Source: a virus (taxonomy: Duplodnaviria > Caudoviricetes). Taken from it: a stretch of 55,782 nt of DNA. Where the stretch lies: IMG/VR virus record IMGVR_UViG_3300005077_000023, positions 1 through 55,782 of that record; one strand, 5' to 3'. The notes below the pieces were generated by a model. That model saw only the letters and a list, made by a program, of their open reading frames with translations, made no database searches and was not told the DNA's origin. Positions 8,621 through 15,652 of this stretch are shown here, one piece after another. A program made the translations under genes and the position numbers. The number at the start of each line of letters is the position of its first letter. Positions within the stretch are counted from its first letter, which is position 1.

Positions 8621-10309
8621 ATGAAAAACATTCTTATAAAAAATTATAACGAAACAAAAAATAGTAATAAATTTCCACATTATTATGAAAATATATATGG
8701 ATGGTTTAATAATGATGCAAAACAATTATATGAAAATATGGTATTAAATGCAAAAAATAATAGTCATTTTGTTGAAATAGGATCATTTCTTGGAAAATCT
8801 ACATCATTTATGGGAGTTGAAATTAAAAATAGTGGTAAAAAAATAATATTTGATGTTATAGATACTTTTAGTGGAAGTGCAAATGAATCTTATCATCAAG
8901 ATATAATAAATGTTTTACCAGTAGGATTATATGATTCATTTATATCAAATATGAAAGATTCAAATATATTAGATATTATAAATGTTAAAATTGGTTATTC
9001 TACTGAAATATGTAATCAATATTCAGATAATAGTTTAGATTTTATATTTATCGATGCCAATCATGAATATGATTCAGTAAAATCTGATATATTATTATGG
9101 TATCCTAAATTAAAAAATAATGGAATTATAGCGGGAGATGATTATAATGTATTTAATGGAGTTACACATGCAGTTAATGAAATATTTCCAACTGCAATAA
9201 TTAATGGAAATACTTGGAAATATATAAAAAATAATGAAAATATAAATATTAATTTTATTAATACTCCATTTGTAGAAATAACTGGAGAATCAACAGATCA
9301 ATATAAAGTAGAATTTATTGATAAAGAAAATAATACAATTTTATATGAAACAATTATATCAATTAATAATTGGGCAAAATTATATAGAGAATATTATACA
9401 AAATATATAATAAAAATTTATAAAAATAATATTTTAATACATACACATGAATTTTCATTAGAAAATAAAAGAGTTTTAATATCATTTGAAAGTAAATCAC
9501 TTGGAGATACAATTGCATGGTTTCCATATGTAGAAGAATTTAGAAAAAAACATAATTGTATTATTATATGTAGTACATTTTGGAATGAATTATTTCAATC
9601 TGAATATAAAAATATTATTTTTGTTAAACCTAATACAATAGTAGAAAATTTATATGCTTCTTATAAATTAGGAGTATATCCAAATAATAATAATAAAAAT
9701 AAAAATGATTATCGAACAATTCCACTACAACAAATAGCAACAGATATTTTAGGATTAGAATATATAGAAATAAAACCAAAAATAACAAAATATTATAATA
9801 ATTATACCAATATTTCAAAAAAATATGTATGTATTGCAGAACATTCAACTGCTCAAGCAAAATATTGGAACAATTCAAATGGATGGAATACAGTAGTCAA
9901 TTACTTAAAAGAAAATCATTATGATGTTTTATCAATATCAAAAGAAGGTTCTAATTTAAATAATACAATAGAAATTAAAAATAAACCAATAGAATTAATT
10001 ATATTCTATATATTAAATTGTGAATTTTTTATAGGTTTACCTTCTGGATTATCTTGGTTAGCATGGGCATTAAATAAAAAAGTTATAATAATTTCAGGAT
10101 TTTCAAAAAAATGGTATGAATTTAAAACAGATTATTATGTTAGTCCAGATGAAAATATATGTAATGGATGTTTTGTTGATCCTAATATTGAATTTGATAA
10201 AGGAGATTGGTATTGGTGTCCAAAACATAAAAATACAGATCGACAATTTGAATGTACTAAAAAAATTAATCCAGAAATGGTTATAAATGAAATAAAAAAA
10301 ATATTTTAA
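8621..10309 (+). CDS. Class I SAM methyltransferase fused to an autotransporter O-heptosyltransferase (TibC/Aah-like GT-B) domain
   Basis: VEIGSFLGKS, FIFIDANHEY, GGI-like IAGDDY; then SLGDTIAWFPY, FIGLPSGLSWLAW and C-terminal CNGC...CPKH...FECTK. Confidence 0.75.
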   Translation: MKNILIKNYNETKNSNKFPHYYENIYGWFNNDAKQLYENMVLNAKNNSHFVEIGSFLGKSTSFMGVEIKNSGKKIIFDVIDTFSGSANESYHQDIINVLPVGLYDSFISNMKDSNILDIINVKIGYSTEICNQYSDNSLDFIFIDANHEYDSVKSDILLWYPKLKNNGIIAGDDYNVFNGVTHAVNEIFPTAIINGNTWKYIKNNENININFINTPFVEITGESTDQYKVEFIDKENNTILYETIISINNWAKLYREYYTKYIIKIYKNNILIHTHEFSLENKRVLISFESKSLGDTIAWFPYVEEFRKKHNCIIICSTFWNELFQSEYKNIIFVKPNTIVENLYASYKLGVYPNNNNKNKNDYRTIPLQQIATDILGLEYIEIKPKITKYYNNYTNISKKYVCIAEHSTAQAKYWNNSNGWNTVVNYLKENHYDVLSISKEGSNLNNTIEIKNKPIELIIFYILNCEFFIGLPSGLSWLAWALNKKVIIISGFSKKWYEFKTDYYVSPDENICNGCFVDPNIEFDKGDWYWCPKHKNTDRQFECTKKINPEMVINEIKKIF

Positions 10310-10358
10310 TATATTTATATAAAATAAATATTTATTTTATTATAAGTAGGAGATTAAA

Positions 10359-10874
10359 ATGAAAATAAACGATTTAAGACAATTAATAAAAGAACAAATT
10401 GAAAAATTAAATGAAGAAAATAAAAACGATGCAATAGATTTTATTAATGATATTGAATCTACAATAAAAAAACATTTTCCTAAATCTTATATATTAGCAA
10501 AATTTTCTACAATGTTAGGAGTCTCACATATTACTGTTACTTTTTGTCTTGGAAATGAAAAAGATTGGCCGAATAAAATAGAACAAAATGACATTGCTCA
10601 TAATTATTTTTTTATTTATAATATGAATAAAACTGGAAATATGGATGATATATTAAGATTAAAAACTGAAAGTTCATTAAGTTTTATTATAACTCCTCAA
10701 AAAAATAAATATGTAGCTTATGAACGTATAAAAGTACCATTTAAAAATAAAAAAGGAAATAAAAAATCTATTTTAGATACAATAGATAAATCATTTGCTT
10801 CTTTAAAGCAAACAATGAAAGATAATATTAATTTATTTCCACCAGATCACATTTATGCAAAAAAATATTTATAA
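10359..10874 (+). CDS. Hypothetical protein
   Basis: AGGAG RBS; N-term LRQLIKEQI motif. Confidence 0.65.
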   Translation: MKINDLRQLIKEQIEKLNEENKNDAIDFINDIESTIKKHFPKSYILAKFSTMLGVSHITVTFCLGNEKDWPNKIEQNDIAHNYFFIYNMNKTGNMDDILRLKTESSLSFIITPQKNKYVAYERIKVPFKNKKGNKKSILDTIDKSFASLKQTMKDNINLFPPDHIYAKKYL

Positions 10875-11010
10875 TAAAAAAATAAATATAATATTTTAAA
10901 AAATATGAACAATATATATTAAATATTTGGCAAAAAACATTATTAAAAAGAATGAATAGAGAAAATTTATTAGGATCAAAAATGAAATATTTTATTAATG
11001 GAGATATATT

Positions 11011-11676
11011 GTGAATGACAATGATATTAAAATAATATATAATATAATAAATAAATATATTAAAATTCCAAAAAAATTAATTATACGAAATAATTCATTT
11101 TCATATAATAATGGAACACTTAATATATCAATAAATCAAGCAAATGGAATAGTTGTTATACAAAATTGGAATGGAATACCAAATATTAATAAAATTGTAA
11201 CAGAATTCAAAAAAATATTTGGTGATGTATATGTAACTGGAAATGATTATATTAATGCAAGAGATTATGGTAATAAATATACAGAAATATTAAATATAAA
11301 ACTTCCAAAAAATATAATTGAATTACCAATAGTAAATGTTAAACAAATAAAAACTATTAAAAAAGCTAAAGATACACTTAAAAAAATAGAAGAAATTAAA
11401 CATAATAGAAAATTAGATATAGAATCAAAAAATACTGATATAAAAGCATCAATCATTAAAAAATATTATAATTTATTTAAAATTATAAAATTAAATAAAT
11501 TTCCAGATGATATATTTGTTAATGATATTTTTAATATATATTATACTACTGATTTAAATGAAGCAATACAATTTGTTAAATTATTAAAAATTGAAGTAGA
11601 AATACATCGAGCATTGGAATTAAAATCTTGGAAAACTCAAAATTTGACTTTTGGAGTAAATGATTTAATGAAATAA
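11011..11676 (+). CDS. Hypothetical protein
   Basis: 221 aa ORF with a GTG start after GGAG. Confidence 0.55.
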   Translation: MNDNDIKIIYNIINKYIKIPKKLIIRNNSFSYNNGTLNISINQANGIVVIQNWNGIPNINKIVTEFKKIFGDVYVTGNDYINARDYGNKYTEILNIKLPKNIIELPIVNVKQIKTIKKAKDTLKKIEEIKHNRKLDIESKNTDIKASIIKKYYNLFKIIKLNKFPDDIFVNDIFNIYYTTDLNEAIQFVKLLKIEVEIHRALELKSWKTQNLTFGVNDLMK

Positions 11677-11869
11677 TAAAAAATATGGAACTTTTTTAAT
11701 ATTTTTATGTTATATTGCAAATAAATCAAAAAAACATTATATTTATATATGTATATAAACAAAGTGAAAATAAAATATGAATAAAATACAACCGAAAATT
11801 TTTAATTTAGATTATACTGAAAAATTATTTTTATAATAATTATAGGGGATTAAATATATAATATCGTAG

Positions 11870-11891
11870 AAATCCCCGAAAGGGGATTTTT
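11870..11891 (+). terminator. Intrinsic terminator upstream of the tRNA array
   Basis: AAATCCCC-GAAA-GGGGATTT-TT. Confidence 0.75.
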
Positions 11892-11931
11892 AATTTATAT
11901 ATGTATAAAAAAAAAAAAATTAAAAAAACAC

Positions 11932-11960
11932 TTGACAAACTAAATTTTTATTTGTATATT
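11932..11960 (+). promoter_or_regulatory. Sigma70 promoter of the tRNA array
   Basis: TTGACA-N17-TATATT preceded by an A-rich UP-like tract, 17 nt before the first tRNA. Confidence 0.8.
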
Positions 11961-11977
11961 ATATAGGTTTTAAAAAT

Positions 11978-12063
11978 GGTACAATGATGGAATAAGGAAG
12001 TCATGCTGGTCTTAGAAACCAGTGTCGTAAAACGGCGTAAGGGTTCGAATCCCTTTTGTACCA
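11978..12063 (+). tRNA. tRNA-Leu(UAG)
   Basis: GGTACAA/TTGTACC; CTGGT-CTTAGAA-ACCAG; long variable arm. Confidence 0.92.
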
Positions 12064-12130
12064 CGAATACGTGTTATTTGACATAAAAAAAGAAAAAATG
12101 TTGAGAAACATATTTATTTTTTCTTACTGT

Positions 12131-12215
12131 GGCATGATGCTGGAATTGGTAGTCAAACAAGACTTAAAATCTTGTGTCCTTTAAGGGCGTGAGGGTTCGA
12201 GTCCCTCTCATGTCA
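12131..12215 (+). tRNA. tRNA-Leu(UAA)
   Basis: GGCATGA/TCATGTC; CAAGA-CTTAAAA-TCTTG; long variable arm. Confidence 0.92.
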
Positions 12216-12222
12216 CAATTTT

Positions 12223-12309
12223 GGAGAGTTGGCAGAATGGTATTGCACCAGTCTTGAAAACTGTGGTTATCCAGCGATGGATATAAGAGTTCAAATCCCT
12301 TACTCTCCT
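12223..12309 (+). tRNA. tRNA-Ser(UGA)
   Basis: GGAGAGT/ACTCTCC; anticodon loop CTTGAAA; long variable arm. Confidence 0.9.
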
Positions 12310-12316
12310 CTTTAAT

Positions 12317-12390
12317 GGAACGGTAGCTCCAATTGGTAGAGCGGTAGCTTGAAGAGCTAAGCGTTATTGGTTCAAGTCCAATCCGTTCCG
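12317..12390 (+). tRNA. tRNA-Phe(GAA)
   Basis: GGAACGG/CCGTTCC; loop TTGAAGA. Confidence 0.9.
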
Positions 12391-12395
12391 CAATT

Positions 12396-12473
12396 CAGAT
12401 GGTAACTCAATTGGCTTAGAGGCTATGACTTGGAATCATAGGGTTGGGGGTTCGAATCCCTCTCATCTGACCA
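12396..12473 (+). tRNA. tRNA-Pro(UGG)
   Basis: CAGATGG/TCATCTG; TATGA-CTTGGAA-TCATA; encoded CCA. Confidence 0.92.
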
Positions 12474-12474
12474 T

Positions 12475-12545
12475 GCATCAGTAGTTTAATGGAAAAATGC
12501 TGTCCTTCCAAGTCAGAGTTGTGAGTTCGATTCTCATCTGATGCT
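12475..12545 (+). tRNA. tRNA-Gly(UCC)
   Basis: GCATCAG/CTGATGC; loop CTTCCAA; U73. Confidence 0.9.
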
Positions 12546-12592
12546 CAATAATAAATTAATTTTATATATTAAATAAATAAGAAAGATATAAA

Positions 12593-12856
12593 ATGAAAGA
12601 AATACTCAGTGCCAGCACTTCAAAACATCAATTAAAATTTGAATTATTAAAATTAAGTAAAGAAAATCCAACTAAGTATTATACATATACTGCTACATTT
12701 GGAATTGTATATATTATTGAACACGATTCCAGACCAAAATCTGGTTATGGTGAACAATGTTATAAGGCCTATGGTGGATTTTTTAAAAATGGTAAAATTA
12801 TTAAACCTGATAGTGCATGGATGAAACAATATAATTTTATTCCCTATTCTCGATAA
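12593..12856 (+). CDS. Hypothetical protein inside the tRNA array
   Basis: 87 aa ORF between tRNA-Gly and tRNA-Asn. Confidence 0.6.
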   Translation: MKEILSASTSKHQLKFELLKLSKENPTKYYTYTATFGIVYIIEHDSRPKSGYGEQCYKAYGGFFKNGKIIKPDSAWMKQYNFIPYSR

Positions 12857-12891
12857 TAGATAATAGAGAATTTTATTAAAATAAACAATGA

Positions 12892-12963
12892 TCCGATGTA
12901 GCTCAATGGCAGAGCAGATGGCTGTTAACCATAAGGTTATAGGTTCAAGTCCTATCGTCGGAG
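12892..12963 (+). tRNA. tRNA-Asn(GUU)
   Basis: TCCGATG/CGTCGGA; loop CTGTTAA; G73. Confidence 0.92.
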
Positions 12964-12970
12964 CAAATAT

Positions 12971-13042
12971 AAGTATGTTGGTTAATTGGTAAACCAACAG
13001 ACTCCAAATCTGTGACTGTAGGTTCGAGTCCTATCATACTTG
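12971..13042 (+). tRNA. tRNA-Trp(CCA)
   Basis: AAGTATG/CATACTT; ACAGA-CTCCAAA-TCTGT. Confidence 0.92.
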
Positions 13043-13047
13043 CTATT

Positions 13048-13140
13048 GGAGCTTTTTCCTGTTGGCAGTCTGTAAAACTGTTGCCCATAAATATAAAACA
13101 GGTTGGTTAAGGGCGTGTGGTTCGAATCCATGAAGCTTCA
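13048..13140 (+). tRNA. Atypical tRNA-Tyr(GUA): no canonical D-arm, enlarged variable arm
   Basis: GGAGCTT/AAGCTTC; GCAGT-CTGTAAA-ACTGT; TGTGG-TTCGAAT-CCATG; only about 9 nt between the acceptor and anticodon stems. Confidence 0.75.
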
Positions 13141-13146
13141 CAAAAT

Positions 13147-13219
13147 CCACGTATAACTCAATTGGTAGAGTACCTGTCTTATACGCAGTTAGTTGAAAGT
13201 TCGAGTCTTTCTACGTGGA
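13147..13219 (+). tRNA. tRNA-Ile(UAU)
   Basis: CCACGTA/TACGTGG; loop CTTATAC; A73. Confidence 0.85.
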
Positions 13220-13220
13220 C

Positions 13221-13298
13221 AAAATGGGTCGTAAAACAAGATTATCATATATCTTATAAATATAAAGGAAAAACTCTTGTTTTAATTTAATCCATTTT
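13221..13298 (+). ncRNA. Stem-bulge hairpin RNA copy 1 (Y RNA-like candidate)
   Basis: AAAATGGGTCG-TAAAACAAGA-TTATC..loop..-TCTTGTTTTA-ATTTA-ATCCATTTT. Confidence 0.7.
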
Positions 13299-13348
13299 AT
13301 TTGTTATAAAATTTTTGATATATATAAAAATACGAACAGTTAATGAAA

Positions 13349-13424
13349 AAAATGGGTCGTAAAATAAGATTACCATCTGTAAGTGAAAATACAAAATAAC
13401 TCTTATTTTAATTTAATCCATTTT
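13349..13424 (+). ncRNA. Stem-bulge hairpin RNA copy 2 (Y RNA-like candidate)
   Basis: AAAATGGGTCG-TAAAATAAGA-TTACC..loop..-TCTTATTTTA-ATTTA-ATCCATTTT. Confidence 0.7.
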
Positions 13425-13473
13425 GTTTTTTATAAAATTTTTGATATATATATAAATGCGTACAGTTGATGAA

Positions 13474-13538
13474 AAAATGGGTCGTAAAATAAGATTATCA
13501 TCAGGCAAAAAAATTCTTATTTTAATTTAATCCATTTT
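13474..13538 (+). ncRNA. Stem-bulge hairpin RNA copy 3 (Y RNA-like candidate)
   Basis: Same stems; loop TTATCATCAGGCAAAAAAAT. Confidence 0.7.
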
Positions 13539-13568
13539 GTTTTTTATAAAATTATAAGGATTTAAATT

Positions 13569-13745
13569 ATGAATATAAATGTTAATGGAACATTTCAAAT
13601 TAAAACTGATATTGAAATTCAAAATGCTGATATTATAATTGAAGAATTAAATAATTATATTATGAATGTTAATACAGAAATCAATAAAATAGTCAATACA
13701 AGTAATAATATATATTTACAAATTGATTCCATATCAGTAATTTAA
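13569..13745 (+). CDS. Small hypothetical protein (58 aa)
   Basis: AAGGA RBS; MNINVNGTFQIKTDIEIQNADIIIEELNNY...ISVI*; below the ORF-track size cutoff. Confidence 0.55.
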   Translation: MNINVNGTFQIKTDIEIQNADIIIEELNNYIMNVNTEINKIVNTSNNIYLQIDSISVI

Positions 13746-13748
13746 AAT

Positions 13749-13821
13749 GGGGCTATAGCTCAATTGGGAGAGCGTTTGCCTTGCACGTAAAAGGTTTGCG
13801 GTTCGAGTCCGCATAGCTCCA
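13749..13821 (+). tRNA. tRNA-Ala(UGC)
   Basis: GGGGCTA/TAGCTCC with G3:U70; loop CTTGCAC. Confidence 0.95.
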
Positions 13822-13835
13822 CTGAACATTTAAAT

Positions 13836-13922
13836 AGAGAGTTGACAGAACGGTAATGTACCAGATTGCTAATCTGAGGTTATCCAGAAATGGATATAAG
13901 AGTTCGAGTCTCTTACTCTCTG
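13836..13922 (+). tRNA. tRNA-Ser(GCU)
   Basis: AGAGAGT/ACTCTCT; loop TTGCTAA; long variable arm. Confidence 0.92.
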
Positions 13923-13924
13923 CT

Positions 13925-14004
13925 AAAATGGGTCGTAAAATAAGATTATCAAAATGTGTACATCTAATACAAATAAAAACTCTTATTTTAATTTAATCCA
14001 TTTT
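13925..14004 (+). ncRNA. Stem-bulge hairpin RNA copy 4 (Y RNA-like candidate)
   Basis: Same stems; loop TTATCAAAATGTGTACATCTAATACAAATAAAAAC. Confidence 0.7.
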
Positions 14005-14010
14005 TAAATA

Positions 14011-14158
14011 ATTTAAATATTCACGGTGAGAGAGATTGAGAGTTAGAAGATTTGAAGTTGATCATCGAGTCAGTATAACAAATAAAAATAATATGTTATT
14101 ATGACGATAATAATCAGAATATTTTTATCTTGCTCTCTCATACCGTGAATATTTAAAT
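14011..14158 (+). ncRNA. Unassigned ~150-nt rod-shaped RNA (6S-like candidate)
   Basis: ATTTAAATATTCACGGT-GAGAGAG pairs with CTCTCTC-AT-ACCGTGAATATTTAAAT; inner GTCA..ATAACA/TGTTAT..TGAC stem. Confidence 0.55.
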
Positions 14159-14160
14159 AT

Positions 14161-14236
14161 GGGGTGTGGGACTGCTTTGGTGTGGTCGCTTGACTGTCAA
14201 TCAAGAGATAGATGGGTTCAAATCCCATACATCCCG
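14161..14236 (+). tRNA. tRNA-Asp(GUC)
   Basis: GGGGTGT/ACATCCC; CTTGA-CTGTCAA-TCAAG; G73. Confidence 0.9.
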
Positions 14237-14252
14237 CAGATTAAAATAAATT

Positions 14253-14325
14253 GCCATTGTAACTCAATTGGAAGAGTATCTGATTTGTAATCAGACAGTT
14301 GGGGGTTCGAGTCCCTTCAATGGCT
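14253..14325 (+). tRNA. tRNA-Thr(UGU)
   Basis: GCCATTG/CAATGGC; TCTGA-TTTGTAA-TCAGA. Confidence 0.93.
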
Positions 14326-14330
14326 CACAT

Positions 14331-14403
14331 TGCCAGATGATGCAATTGGTCAGCATACAGTCCTTTGAAGTCTGTTATTAAGGTTCAAGTCCTTATCTGG
14401 TAG
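14331..14403 (+). tRNA. tRNA-Gln(UUG)
   Basis: TGCCAGA/TCTGGTA; loop CTTTGAA. Confidence 0.9.
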
Positions 14404-14405
14404 CT

Positions 14406-14465
14406 AAATGGGTCGGAAAATAAAATTATCGTTATTATATATTTTATTTTCAATTTTATCCATTT
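14406..14465 (+). ncRNA. Stem-bulge hairpin RNA copy 5 (Y RNA-like candidate)
   Basis: AAATGGGTCG-GAAAATAAAA-TTATC..-TTTTATTTTC-AATTTT-ATCCATTT, with compensatory changes. Confidence 0.65.
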
Positions 14466-14476
14466 TAAAAATAAAA

Positions 14477-14556
14477 ATTTTGGGTCGAAAAATAAGATTA
14501 TCATCAGAACAATAGGATAAATACTAAAACTTCTTATTTTTAAATTAATCCAAAAT
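14477..14556 (+). ncRNA. Stem-bulge hairpin RNA copy 6 (Y RNA-like candidate)
   Basis: ATTTTGGGTCG-AAAAATAAGA-TTATC..-TCTTATTTTT-AAATTA-ATCCAAAAT, with compensatory changes in the basal stem. Confidence 0.7.
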
Positions 14557-14563
14557 ATAATAT

Positions 14564-14637
14564 GGGATCGTCGTCTAAGTTGGTTAGGATATAGGAATTT
14601 CAATCCTATGATGAGAGTTCAAGTCTCTTCGATCCTA
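14564..14637 (+). tRNA. tRNA-Glu(UUC)
   Basis: GGGATCG/CGATCCT; TAGGA-ATTTCAA-TCCTA. Confidence 0.88.
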
Positions 14638-14642
14638 CAAAT

Positions 14643-14727
14643 GACATGGTGTTGAAATTGGTAGTCAAGCAAGACTCAAAATCTTGTGTCCTTTAAGGGC
14701 GTGAAGGTTCAAATCCTTTCCATGTTA
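14643..14727 (+). tRNA. tRNA-Leu(CAA)
   Basis: GACATGG/CCATGTT; CAAGA-CTCAAAA-TCTTG. Confidence 0.92.
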
Positions 14728-14733
14728 CTATAT

Positions 14734-14808
14734 GGTGAATATGATGGAATTGGTAGACATACATGACTGTGACTCATGGTTTTGAGAGTTCGAGTCTCTC
14801 TATTCACC
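14734..14808 (+). tRNA. tRNA-His(GUG)
   Basis: Encoded G-1:C73; GTGAATA/TATTCAC; CATGA-CTGTGAC-TCATG. Confidence 0.92.
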
Positions 14809-14814
14809 CAAAAA

Positions 14815-14886
14815 GGTCATATAGCTTAATGGAAAAGCAATTGCCTGATACGCAATAGACTCTTGGTTCAAGTCCATGTATGACCA
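14815..14886 (+). tRNA. tRNA-Ile(GAU)
   Basis: GGTCATA/TATGACC; ATTGC-CTGATAC-GCAAT. Confidence 0.9.
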
Positions 14887-14916
14887 CAAGAAAAAAAACA
14901 AATTTAAGGAGGTTAT

Positions 14917-15162
14917 ATGATTACTTATAGTTTTACATCACACAAAGAAAATAATTTAAGAACAACCATTGCTACTGTAAATGTAAATGGAAGTGTATTT
15001 ACTGGAGAAACTATACAAATGCCTAAAGATCAAGATAACAAATTAATTGGACAAAAAGTTGCATTAACAAAAGCAATAAAAAATGCCGATAAATTTACAA
15101 GAACAGCAGTTTGGAAGTTATTTCTTACATCAAAAAAAATAAATACATGCGAAACTAAGTAG
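14917..15162 (+). CDS. Hypothetical phage protein
   Basis: AAGGAGG RBS; 81 aa. Confidence 0.7.
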   Translation: MITYSFTSHKENNLRTTIATVNVNGSVFTGETIQMPKDQDNKLIGQKVALTKAIKNADKFTRTAVWKLFLTSKKINTCETK

Positions 15163-15205
15163 ATATTAAATAATGGCTCAAATCCATTCATGTATTTATT
15201 TTAAT

Positions 15206-15279
15206 GGGACATTAACTCAATTTGGCAGAGTAACTGGCTTTTAACCAGTAAGTTAAAGGTTCAAATCCTTTATGTCCCA
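15206..15279 (+). tRNA. tRNA-Lys(UUU)
   Basis: GGGACAT/ATGTCCC; ACTGG-CTTTTAA-CCAGT. Confidence 0.95.
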
Positions 15280-15306
15280 CATATATTATATATAGAAAGG
15301 TTTTAA

Positions 15307-15495
15307 ATGTCATTAAAGAAAATTAATACAATTAATGAATTATTAATTATTATTAGTAAAAAAATGGATGTACAACAAAATATAGATGGAAAAATGTATA
15401 ATATTTCATTTATTACTATGTTAAATTTAAAATTAATACAATTAATGCAAATGATATCAGATGGGAAATTATTTTATGAAGAAATTCAATGGTAA
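15307..15495 (+). CDS. Hypothetical protein
   Basis: 62 aa ORF filling the gap between tRNAs; AAGG RBS. Confidence 0.55.
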   Translation: MSLKKINTINELLIIISKKMDVQQNIDGKMYNISFITMLNLKLIQLMQMISDGKLFYEEIQW

Positions 15496-15501
15496 TATTT
15501 T

Positions 15502-15575
15502 GATGTGATGGGTGAGTGGTCAAAGCCTCTTGTCTTACAAACAAGAATTCGTTGGTTCAAATCCAACTCACATCA
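15502..15575 (+). tRNA. tRNA-Val(UAC)
   Basis: GATGTGA/TCACATC; CTTGT-CTTACAA-ACAAG. Confidence 0.92.
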
Positions 15576-15652
15576 CAATTAAATTTTTATTTAAAAAATA
15601 TTTTTTAAATATTTATATTAAGTAACAAAATATTTAAAGGATATATAAAAAT

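Noticed and set aside
13221-14556. CRISPR array interpretation of the repeated GGGTCG...ATCCA units
   Set aside because: The conserved parts are two complementary arms enclosing the variable segment, spacing is irregular and interrupted by tRNAs, and no cas genes are in the window
13221-14556. The hairpins as simple intrinsic terminators
   Set aside because: They have large loops, AT-rich stems and a conserved bulge, copy 6 ends in AAAAT rather than a U tract, and they lie inside a probably polycistronic tRNA array
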